Source of the DNA: an uncultured Acidaminococcales bacterium
GTDB lineage: Bacteria; Bacillota; Negativicutes; Acidaminococcales; JAISLQ01
DNA length: 64,000 nucleotides
Direction of reading: 5' to 3'
NCBI GenBank assembly: GCA_964551985.1
Contig: CAZKFG010000001.1
Coordinates: forward strand, 40,181-104,180
Shown here: one piece after another, positions 9,335-17,549 of the stretch
How the letters are laid out: each line of letters opens with the position of its first letter
How positions within the stretch are numbered: the first letter of the stretch is position 1
Program-made: the position numbers and the translations under genes
Notes under the pieces: model-generated
Database searches by the model: none
The model's input: only the letters and a program-made list of their open reading frames with translations
Told to the model about the DNA's origin: nothing

Positions 9335-10426
9335 ATGAATGTATTAGAAATTTTTGATAAATTACACGCAATACCAGAACTAGGTATGCAAGAAGTAAAA
9401 ACATCTACTTATCTAGCCGATGAATTAGAAAAACTTGGTTTTAAAGTTCAGCGTAATGTAGGCGGCACAGGTGTTGTGGGAACATATTCAACAAATATTC
9501 CAGGTCCTACAGTTGGTATTCGTGCAGATATGGATGCACTGGCACATTTAATTGATGGTAAGACAGTAGCAATACACTCTTGTGGTCATGATGCCCATTC
9601 TAGCATGGCACTTGCTGCTGCAAGCCGATTAATCAAAGACATTAAATGCGGTACTTTCAAAGTGTTTTTCCAACCAGCTGAGGAAACTTTGGTTGGTGCT
9701 TTAGCTATGCTAAAAGACAACGCACTAGATGGTGTTGATTATTTGTTTGGTCAACATATTAGACCTATTCAAGAATTACCCGTAGGCAAAATCTCTCCTG
9801 CTATGTTTTATTCTGCTAGCGCTGTGCTTGATGTAACAATTAAAGGACAAACAGCACATGGAGCTCGCCCACATTTAGGTACAAACGCAATTGATGCCGC
9901 AGCTTTGGCTGTTTTAGCAGTAAATTCAGTACGAACAAATCCTATAATAGCGTCGTCCATTAAAGTAACTGGCTTTAATTCTGGCGGCGTTGCAAGCAAT
10001 GCTATTCCAGATAAAGCAACTTTGGTGTTAGATATTCGTTCGCAAACAAATGATGGTATGCGTTCTAATTTAGAAAAAATCGAAAAAGCTATTACAAACG
10101 CGGTTATGTCAAACGGCTGTACAGTAGAAATTACAAAACGCGGTTCAGTGCCAGCTGCTGAACTAGATGAAAAATTAATTTTGGAAATGTCTGAAATTAT
10201 AAAAGAAATTGTTGGCGAAAAAGGTCTTGCTCCAGCAATCTACACACCAGGTGGTGAAGACTTTTTTTACTATACAGAAAAGATGCCTAATTTAAAAGCT
10301 GCTTTTTTTGGCGTGGGTTCAAGTGCAGCACCTGGCTTGCACGACCCTAATATGACCTTTGACAAAAAAGCCTTATCTATAGGTGTTGAAATGTTATACA
10401 AAGCCGTAATGAGTAAATTAGGGTAG
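9335..10426 (+). CDS. M20-family amidohydrolase / peptidase (M20D-like)
   Basis: IRADMDAL, HSCGHDAHS and PAEE metal-ligand motifs. 363 aa. Confidence 0.85.
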   Translation: MNVLEIFDKLHAIPELGMQEVKTSTYLADELEKLGFKVQRNVGGTGVVGTYSTNIPGPTVGIRADMDALAHLIDGKTVAIHSCGHDAHSSMALAAASRLIKDIKCGTFKVFFQPAEETLVGALAMLKDNALDGVDYLFGQHIRPIQELPVGKISPAMFYSASAVLDVTIKGQTAHGARPHLGTNAIDAAALAVLAVNSVRTNPIIASSIKVTGFNSGGVASNAIPDKATLVLDIRSQTNDGMRSNLEKIEKAITNAVMSNGCTVEITKRGSVPAAELDEKLILEMSEIIKEIVGEKGLAPAIYTPGGEDFFYYTEKMPNLKAAFFGVGSSAAPGLHDPNMTFDKKALSIGVEMLYKAVMSKLG

Positions 10427-10469
10427 TAGTAGTTTTATTTTTCAAAATGGTATGTAGGGAGTTGATTAT

Positions 10470-11156
10470 GTGAGCAATGAACTAGATAGCATGGCAAAAG
10501 TCCAATGTTGCCCAGCACACGGTCCGTCACCGATTCCGCAAGAAGGTAAATGGACATATGCCAAAAACATTTCCGATATTTCCGGATTTGCCCATGGCTG
10601 CGGAACATGCGCACCACAAATGGGGACAAGTAAATTAACTTTAAATGTTAAAGAAGGAATAATTAAAGAAGCTTTAATAGAAAATATTGGTTGTTCAGGT
10701 ATGACACAATCGGCTGCAATGGTATCTGAGATTTTGCCGGGCAAAACTTTGCTTGAAGCTTTAAACACAGATCTTGTATGTGACGCAATCAATGACGCTA
10801 TGAAGCAATTGTTTTTAGCACTTGCCTATGGTCGCTCTCAAAGCTCATACTCTGATGGCGGATTACCAATAGGTGCAGGCTGGGAAGATTTAGGCAGCGG
10901 AGCTTGTAGTCAGGTAGGCACAGCTTATGGGACGATAAATAAAGGTCCAAGATACCTTACTATAACAGGCGGTTATGTAACTCGTATGGCACTTGACGAA
11001 AACAGTGAAGTTATTGGTTATGAATTCGTAGATATTGCCAAAATGATGATGGATATTAAATCTGGCACTGATGCTAATATAGCTATGAAAAAAGCGACAA
11101 TTATTTTCGGACGCTTTAACGAAGCAACAAAATATATCGACCCACGCAAAGAATAG
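10470..11156 (+). CDS. IscU/NifU-N-like Cys protein with an unknown C-terminal domain (copy 1)
   Basis: HGCGTCAPQMGT...LTLNVKEGIIKEALIENIGCSGMTQSAA...LPGKTLLEAL...VCDAINDAM aligns by eye to the IscU motifs (PACGD, GCGS, HCSxLAEDAI). An extra ~110 aa follows. GTG start after AGGGAG. Confidence 0.6.
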   Translation: MSNELDSMAKVQCCPAHGPSPIPQEGKWTYAKNISDISGFAHGCGTCAPQMGTSKLTLNVKEGIIKEALIENIGCSGMTQSAAMVSEILPGKTLLEALNTDLVCDAINDAMKQLFLALAYGRSQSSYSDGGLPIGAGWEDLGSGACSQVGTAYGTINKGPRYLTITGGYVTRMALDENSEVIGYEFVDIAKMMMDIKSGTDANIAMKKATIIFGRFNEATKYIDPRKE

Positions 11157-11168
11157 GAGGTGTATGTG

Positions 11169-12164
11169 ATGATGTTTGAACATTACGAGTCAAGACAACC
11201 TGCGATAATTTCTTGTTTAAATCGTTACGGTCTAAGCTCACTAGAGCAGGCACAAAATCTTTTACTTGATAAAGGAATAGATGCTCATAAAATTGTCAAA
11301 TCCATTCAGTCCATATGCTTTGAAGATGCTTGCTGGGCATATATTTTAGGTGGCGCTATAGCTATTAGCTCAAAAGAGGCAAATGCTAGTTTAATAGCAG
11401 AAAAAATCGGCGAAGGTTTGCAAGCTTTTTGTTTGCCAGGTTCAGTCGCCGATCATCGCCAAGTAGGTATCGGACACGGAAAATTGGCATCACGTCTACT
11501 TAGTGAAAACACACAATGTTTTTCTCTTTTAGCTGGACACGAATCTATGGCCGCAGCAGAAGGTGCAATTGGCATTGTTCAATCGGCAAACAAAGTAAGA
11601 TTGCAGCCACTAAAAGTTGTTTTAAACGGTCTAGGCAAAGATGCCGCATATATAATTGCACGCGTTAACGGATTTACTTATGTTCATACACAATATGATT
11701 ATCAAAACGATAAACTTAATATAATATCTGAAAAAACTTTTTCTAAAGGTATTCGAGGAGCAGTTAAATGCTATGGTGCTGAATGTGTAGACGAAGGAGT
11801 TGCAATTATGCAATATGAAAACGTAGACGTTTCTATAACAGGCAACTCTACCAACATGACAAGATTCCAAATACCAGTTTCAGGAACATACAAAAAATGG
11901 TGCAACGACAATAACAGGCAATATTTTGCTGTAGCTTCCGGTGGTGGTACAGGTCGTACAGTTCATCCTGATGACAATGGTTCAGGTCCTGCATCTTATG
12001 GCTTGACAGATACAATGGGTCGTACATATGCAGATGCTCAATTTGCAGGTTCTTCGTCAGTGCCTGCACACGTAGAAATGATGGGTTACATAGGCATGGG
12101 AAATAATCCAATGGTCGGCGCTACTGTAGCAATTTGTGTTGCAATTTCTCAACTCAATAAATAG
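11169..12164 (+). CDS. GGGtGRT-motif protein (domain of unknown function), copy 1
   Basis: ASGGGTGRT motif, conserved C-terminal AQFAGSSSVPAHVEMMGYIGMGNNPMVGATV, and several conserved Cys. The track start is 11160; the ATG at 11169 follows AGGAGG. Confidence 0.75.
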   Translation: MMFEHYESRQPAIISCLNRYGLSSLEQAQNLLLDKGIDAHKIVKSIQSICFEDACWAYILGGAIAISSKEANASLIAEKIGEGLQAFCLPGSVADHRQVGIGHGKLASRLLSENTQCFSLLAGHESMAAAEGAIGIVQSANKVRLQPLKVVLNGLGKDAAYIIARVNGFTYVHTQYDYQNDKLNIISEKTFSKGIRGAVKCYGAECVDEGVAIMQYENVDVSITGNSTNMTRFQIPVSGTYKKWCNDNNRQYFAVASGGGTGRTVHPDDNGSGPASYGLTDTMGRTYADAQFAGSSSVPAHVEMMGYIGMGNNPMVGATVAICVAISQLNK

Positions 12165-12233
12165 TTTTTATTATTGTAATTGTTTTATCAAAGGAGCATA
12201 TAAAAAATATGTATTTTTGAGGACGGTGATAAT

Positions 12234-13487
12234 ATGGTTTGGATAGGTGTGTTAATAGTTATCATCACGTTTGCAGCTATAATCAAAGGTTATGAAACAA
12301 GGCTAGTGCTCGCGGTAGGCGGTATATTAATGGCACTACTTGCAGGTAACTTTCAAGTTGCTTCAATAGCATTTGACAAAACTTTGACTAACCCAGGTCT
12401 TGTTATTGTTACAACAACTGTTATGGGTTTTGCTTATGTTTTAAAAGCAACTGAATGTGATACACACATGATTAGATTAGCAACAAGGCATATAGGTCAT
12501 TTTAGAATGTTACTTATTCCTTTTGCTATACTAATAACTTTTATTGCCAACTCCGCTATGGCAAGTTCTGCCGGAACAGCGGCGGCTGTCGGCATAATAC
12601 TAATTCCTTTATTGATAAACTCGGGTATTCACCCTGTAATGGCTGGTGCAGCAGTTTTTTCAGGCACTTGGGGGAACGTATTTGCACTAGGCTCACCACA
12701 TCCACCTATAATAGCTAAGCTCTCTAATACAGATGTAATAACTGTATTGATAAAACACGCTCCCACAGCATTAACATGTCTTTTAATTTGCATGATTCTT
12801 ATGACACTTATGGCTGTTTTTTTAAAAGAAAATAAAGGTTATGTCCCAAAAGAGCAAACAGATTTGCAAAAAGATTTTAAAGTAAGTTACGCCAGAGCAA
12901 TAGTGCCATTTGTTCCTGTCGCATTATTGATAGCAAGTAGCAAACAAGTAGCACTTCTGCCACCAATTAGAACGTCTGAAGCCATGATTGCCGGTTGCAT
13001 ATTAGCTTTTTTAGCGTCAAGAACAAATCCCGGCAAATTGTCAAAAGAGTTTTTTGATGGTATGGGCTATGGTTTGTCAAACATTGTAGGTTTAATGATA
13101 ACTTCATCAATGTTCTCGGCAGGACTTGGTGCTATTGGTATAACTACAGCTTTGACCGCAATCATGAAAGAATCTGTAAGCATAGCAAAAATCGGCGCTA
13201 CATTTGGCCCTTTTATCATAGCAGTTATTTCAGGCTCTGGAGATGCTGCAACACTTGCATTTAACACAAGTGTTACTCCACACGCAGCAGAATTTGGCTT
13301 TGACCCATCAAAAATGGGATCTCTTGCCTATCTAACAGGAAGTTTCGGGCGTACTATGTCACCTGTAGCTGGTGTTACAATCATTTGTGCAAGCTTGGCC
13401 GGAAATATCAATCCTATTGAACTAGTGAAGCGTACCGCACCTGTTATGTTAATTTTGGCAATAGTTTCAATGTTTATGCTTTTATAA
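12234..13487 (+). CDS. DcuC-family anaerobic C4-dicarboxylate-type carrier
   Basis: 417 aa, polytopic. The N-terminus IIKGYETRLVLAVGGILM resembles DcuC. Confidence 0.65.
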   Translation: MVWIGVLIVIITFAAIIKGYETRLVLAVGGILMALLAGNFQVASIAFDKTLTNPGLVIVTTTVMGFAYVLKATECDTHMIRLATRHIGHFRMLLIPFAILITFIANSAMASSAGTAAAVGIILIPLLINSGIHPVMAGAAVFSGTWGNVFALGSPHPPIIAKLSNTDVITVLIKHAPTALTCLLICMILMTLMAVFLKENKGYVPKEQTDLQKDFKVSYARAIVPFVPVALLIASSKQVALLPPIRTSEAMIAGCILAFLASRTNPGKLSKEFFDGMGYGLSNIVGLMITSSMFSAGLGAIGITTALTAIMKESVSIAKIGATFGPFIIAVISGSGDAATLAFNTSVTPHAAEFGFDPSKMGSLAYLTGSFGRTMSPVAGVTIICASLAGNINPIELVKRTAPVMLILAIVSMFMLL

Positions 13488-13513
13488 AATAATAAAAATC
13501 AGGAGGGGTGTAT

Positions 13514-14881
13514 ATGAATTACAGCAGTATTTTAGCTAACTATGTTGCAAATACTAATTATAATAATATTCCAAAAGAAACTATCGAGTGGACAAAAAAA
13601 ATTATGCTAGATACTCTATCTTGCGCAGTAGCAGGTTTTACAATGGCACCGGAAGAATGCGGCTGGATAGATAAAATAGTTCAAGAAATGGGCGGGTCGC
13701 CTGATGCTACAGTTTGGAAGACTGGTCTTAAAACATCAACTATGAATGCTGCACTCGCCAATGCAACAATGATTCATACAGTTGATTTTGATGATACACA
13801 TTTAGAGTCAGTTGCGCATTTAGGTGCAGGTATACTTGCCACAGCTTTTGCTGTCGGCGAAAAGCAAAAAGCTGGCGGCAAAGAAGTAATAACTGCTTTT
13901 GTTTTAGGTTTTGAAATAGCCTCTAGAGTCGGAAACGCTGTCAACAAATTCGGACGCACACATTATAAATATTGGCACCCTACGGCAACAATGGGTACAA
14001 TCGGCGCTGCGATTACTGCGGCTAAGCTAATGAAACTATCAGCTAAAGGCATTGAACAAGCACTCGGACTTGGCGTAGATCAAGCTGTAGGCTTTAGGTA
14101 TTGCATTGATAAAGGAGACTATTCAAAAAGTTTACATCCTGGCTTTGCAGCCATGCGCGGCGTTCTTTCAGCACACATAATAGCTGTTGGTGCAAATGGT
14201 CCAGAAGGTTTATTAGAATACGAAACAGGTTTTTGCAGTGCAATGGCAAATCCACCAACAATGGAGTGCCTAACTGAAGAACTTGGTGAAAAATATTATA
14301 TTATGACAGATTCACTCAAATTTTTCCCCACTATCCACTGTAGTCATACAGGTATAGAAGGTATGATTAACATTGTAAATAAACACCAACTAAACCATAA
14401 AGAGATAGCAAGCATTGACATTAAAGTCACCGAGCTTGCCAAAGGTCAAGGCATGACCTTTGACCCACAAACAACTCTCGCCGCTCGGCTAAGCATTCCT
14501 TATTCAGTAGCTACTGCCGCAGTAAAAGGCAATTTAACTCTTAAAGATTTTGATGAAATAAGTTTAAAAAATAAATATGTGCGGCAACTAATGCAAAAAA
14601 TAACTATTGATTCTGAGCCTAAGTTCAATAAAGAATACCCTAAAGGTCTTGTTACACAGCTTAAAGTTAAAACTTTATCAGGGCAAGAGTATGAAGAGTT
14701 GATTGTCTATCCTAAAGGTCATCCCGAAAGACCTGTTACAGATAAGGATATATTTGATAAATACGAATTTTTAAGCACAATTACTTGGAATAAAGAAAAA
14801 TCAGATAATATTAAAGCCCATATGCTGGCTTTAGATAGCATTAACGATATTTCCGATTTTATTAAGCAAGTAGTTTCTTAA
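13514..14881 (+). CDS. MmgE/PrpD-family protein (2-methylcitrate dehydratase / cis-aconitate decarboxylase superfamily)
   Basis: About 455 aa. LDTLSCAVAG, IHTVDFDDTH and YWHPTATMGTIGAA are typical of PrpD/MmgE. The track start is GTG 13508; the ATG at 13514 follows AGGAGGGG. Confidence 0.85.
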   Translation: MNYSSILANYVANTNYNNIPKETIEWTKKIMLDTLSCAVAGFTMAPEECGWIDKIVQEMGGSPDATVWKTGLKTSTMNAALANATMIHTVDFDDTHLESVAHLGAGILATAFAVGEKQKAGGKEVITAFVLGFEIASRVGNAVNKFGRTHYKYWHPTATMGTIGAAITAAKLMKLSAKGIEQALGLGVDQAVGFRYCIDKGDYSKSLHPGFAAMRGVLSAHIIAVGANGPEGLLEYETGFCSAMANPPTMECLTEELGEKYYIMTDSLKFFPTIHCSHTGIEGMINIVNKHQLNHKEIASIDIKVTELAKGQGMTFDPQTTLAARLSIPYSVATAAVKGNLTLKDFDEISLKNKYVRQLMQKITIDSEPKFNKEYPKGLVTQLKVKTLSGQEYEELIVYPKGHPERPVTDKDIFDKYEFLSTITWNKEKSDNIKAHMLALDSINDISDFIKQVVS

Positions 14882-14903
14882 AAAATCATAAGGAGCGAGC
14901 AAT

Positions 14904-15587
14904 ATGAGTCACGAAAATAAATTATGCGTAGTTAAGGCAAGCAAAAGCCACGGCCCTGCACCAATTCCTGTAGAAGGAAAGTGGGTAGCTGTACAAAATA
15001 TCACTGATATTTCAGGTGTAACACACGGTTGCGGTAAATGTGCTCCGCAAATGGGGACTTGCAAACTAACACTTAATGTAAAAGCAGGTATCATCCAAGA
15101 AGCACTAATTGAAACTACCGGTTGTTCGGGCATAACACAAGCAGCTACAATGGCTGTCGAAGTTATGCCAGGGAAAAATTTGCTGGAAATTTTGAATACT
15201 GATTTACTATGTGATGCGATAAACGAATCAATGAGACAGTTGTTCAATCAGATGATTTACGGACGCAGTCAAACATCTTATTCATTAGACGGATTAGCCG
15301 TTGGCGCTTGTTGGGAAGATTTAGGCGCTGGTGCTTGGAGCCAAGTGGGTACAACTTATGGCACTTTAGCAAATGGTCCTCGTTATTTGGCTGTAAATGG
15401 TGGCTATGTTACGCGTATGGCACTAGACGAAAAACAAGAGGTTATTGGCTATGAGTATGTGAACATTGCAAAACTAATGAGCTCAATAGATGACGGCAAA
15501 GAGCCCAACCAAGCTTATACTCAAGCATTAACTACCTATGGCAGATTTTCTGAAGCAAAAAAATATATAAATCCGCGTAAAGAATAG
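14904..15587 (+). CDS. IscU/NifU-N-like Cys protein with an unknown C-terminal domain (copy 2)
   Basis: Paralogue of 10470-11156, roughly 60% identical by eye. HGCGKCAPQMGT, GCSGITQ and CDAINESM are conserved. Confidence 0.6.
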   Translation: MSHENKLCVVKASKSHGPAPIPVEGKWVAVQNITDISGVTHGCGKCAPQMGTCKLTLNVKAGIIQEALIETTGCSGITQAATMAVEVMPGKNLLEILNTDLLCDAINESMRQLFNQMIYGRSQTSYSLDGLAVGACWEDLGAGAWSQVGTTYGTLANGPRYLAVNGGYVTRMALDEKQEVIGYEYVNIAKLMSSIDDGKEPNQAYTQALTTYGRFSEAKKYINPRKE

Positions 15588-15598
15588 GAGGCGGTATA

Positions 15599-16594
15599 AT
15601 GATTAGTTTTGAATGTTACGAACTGAGAAAACCAGCTATAGATAAATGTTTGGCAAAATATAACATAAAAAGCTTACAAGAAGCTGATGAACTCTTAAAA
15701 GCTAAAGATATAGACATTCACAAAATTATAAAAGGTATCCAGCCAATATGTTTTGAAGATGCTTGCTGGGCATATGTTTTAGGTGGGGCTATCGCTTTAA
15801 AAAGCGGCGAAAAAGATCCTTATGTTCTAGCTAAAATTATCGGCGAAGCTCTGCAAGCATTTTGCACTCTAGGTTCAGTCGCAGACCAACGCCAGATAGG
15901 TATAGGTCACGGTGAGCTTGCTGCAAGATTGCTCAATGAAAAAACAAATTGCTTTGCAATGGTTGCAGGTCATGATTCTTTTGCTGGAGCTGAAGGAGCA
16001 AATGCTATAACAAATTCTGTAAAAACAGTAAGAAAAAATCCACTACAAGTTATACTACTAGGTCTTGGCAAAGATGCCGCCTATATGATTGCTCGCATTA
16101 GCGGTTTTACTTATGTACAAACAGATTTTAACCATACAACAGGCGAACTTACAACAATTGGCAAAACTGCCTTTTCTGATGATATTCGTGCCAAAGTTAA
16201 ATGCTATGGCGCTCACAGCGTTGATGAAGGTGTTGCTATAATGAAAGAAAATAAAGCTGATGTTTCCATTACAGGCAACGCCACGAATATGAGTCGTTTT
16301 ACAATCCCTGTTGTAGGCACATACAAAAAATGGTGTAATGACAATGGTAAAAGCTATTTTTCTGTAGCATCAGGCGGCGGTACTGGCAGAACCATAAACC
16401 CAGATGAAGCAGGAGCTGGTGCGGCATCTTATGGTCTGACTGATAATCTTGGAAAAATGCATGCAGATGCTCAATTTGCAGGCTCGTCATCAGTTCCAGG
16501 TCACGTTGAAATGATGGGTTATATAGGAATGGGCAACAATCCTATGGTTGGTGCTACTGTAAGCATAGCTGTAAAAATATCCGAACTTTATTAA
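15599..16594 (+). CDS. GGGtGRT-motif protein, copy 2
   Basis: Paralogue of 11169-12164. ASGGGTGRT and AQFAGSSSVPGHVEMMGYIGMGNNPMVGATV are conserved. Confidence 0.75.
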   Translation: MISFECYELRKPAIDKCLAKYNIKSLQEADELLKAKDIDIHKIIKGIQPICFEDACWAYVLGGAIALKSGEKDPYVLAKIIGEALQAFCTLGSVADQRQIGIGHGELAARLLNEKTNCFAMVAGHDSFAGAEGANAITNSVKTVRKNPLQVILLGLGKDAAYMIARISGFTYVQTDFNHTTGELTTIGKTAFSDDIRAKVKCYGAHSVDEGVAIMKENKADVSITGNATNMSRFTIPVVGTYKKWCNDNGKSYFSVASGGGTGRTINPDEAGAGAASYGLTDNLGKMHADAQFAGSSSVPGHVEMMGYIGMGNNPMVGATVSIAVKISELY

Positions 16595-16626
16595 CAAAAA
16601 ATTTATCAAACATAGGAGCTTGAAAA

Positions 16627-17526
16627 ATGAAACAAAAAATTGATATTATTGAGGTAGGACCACGTGATGGCTTTCAAAATATCGCCGAATACATACCTAT
16701 GCAAACAAAAATGGATATTATTGAAGGTCTGATAGATGCAGGTGTTAAAAGTATGCAATTTACCTCATTTGTCAATCCTAAAGTAATACCACAACTAAAA
16801 GATGCTAAAGAGATTTCTGAAAAATGCTTGGCAAAATATCCAAACTTAGAACTATATGCTCTTGTGCCAAATGCTAAAGGCGCTAAAATAGCCGTTGATG
16901 TTGGCATGAAAAAGGTTTCTACTGTCGTCTCTCTTAGCGAAACACATAATCTTGCCAACATCAAAAGCTCGCACGTCCAATCTATCGAAGGCTTACTGGA
17001 AATAAAAAATAACTTTCCTGAGCTTAAAGTATGCATAGATTTAGCAACTGCTTTTGGTTGCCCGTTTGAAGGAATACCAAGCATTCAAAAACTTGTTGAC
17101 TTTGTCGGCAGGATAAGCGCTCTTGGCTTTCGTGAATTTAATATCTGTGATACAATTGGTATAGCTAATCCAAAGCAAGTTAGGCACACAATGAAAAAAC
17201 TTATTGCAACATTTATTGACTGTCAATTCCAAGTACATATTCACGATACACGCAATATGGGTATGGTAAATACACTATCTGCTATCGAAAGTGGCGTAAC
17301 GCAAGTACAAACTACACTTGGCGGACTTGGCGGATGTCCCTTTGCACCAGGCGCTTCTGGTAACACCGCAACAGAAGACCTTGTTTACATGCTAGAACAA
17401 ATGGGCTATGATACAGGAATAAATTTTGATAAATTGCTTACTCTTGCTAAATATGAGCGTGAAGCTATACCTAGCGGTTGTTACAGCGGTCACCATATGA
17501 ACATTAGCAAAAGTTGCAGCGTCTAA
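16627..17526 (+). CDS. HMG-CoA-lyase-family (HMGL-like) lyase
   Basis: IIEVGPRDGFQN at the N-terminus, HIHDTRNMG, and GLGGCPFAPGASGN. 299 aa, the canonical size. Confidence 0.85.
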   Translation: MKQKIDIIEVGPRDGFQNIAEYIPMQTKMDIIEGLIDAGVKSMQFTSFVNPKVIPQLKDAKEISEKCLAKYPNLELYALVPNAKGAKIAVDVGMKKVSTVVSLSETHNLANIKSSHVQSIEGLLEIKNNFPELKVCIDLATAFGCPFEGIPSIQKLVDFVGRISALGFREFNICDTIGIANPKQVRHTMKKLIATFIDCQFQVHIHDTRNMGMVNTLSAIESGVTQVQTTLGGLGGCPFAPGASGNTATEDLVYMLEQMGYDTGINFDKLLTLAKYEREAIPSGCYSGHHMNISKSCSV

Positions 17527-17549
17527 ATAATTTTAAGGTGGTTAGTCCT

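Noticed and set aside
12209-12220. Mini-ORF ATG-TAT-TTT-TGA, whose stop abuts the RBS of the DcuC-like gene. I considered it a possible leader peptide.
   Set aside because: It is only three codons, the spacing to the upstream AAGGAG is 12 nt, and there is no associated attenuator structure. It is likely fortuitous.
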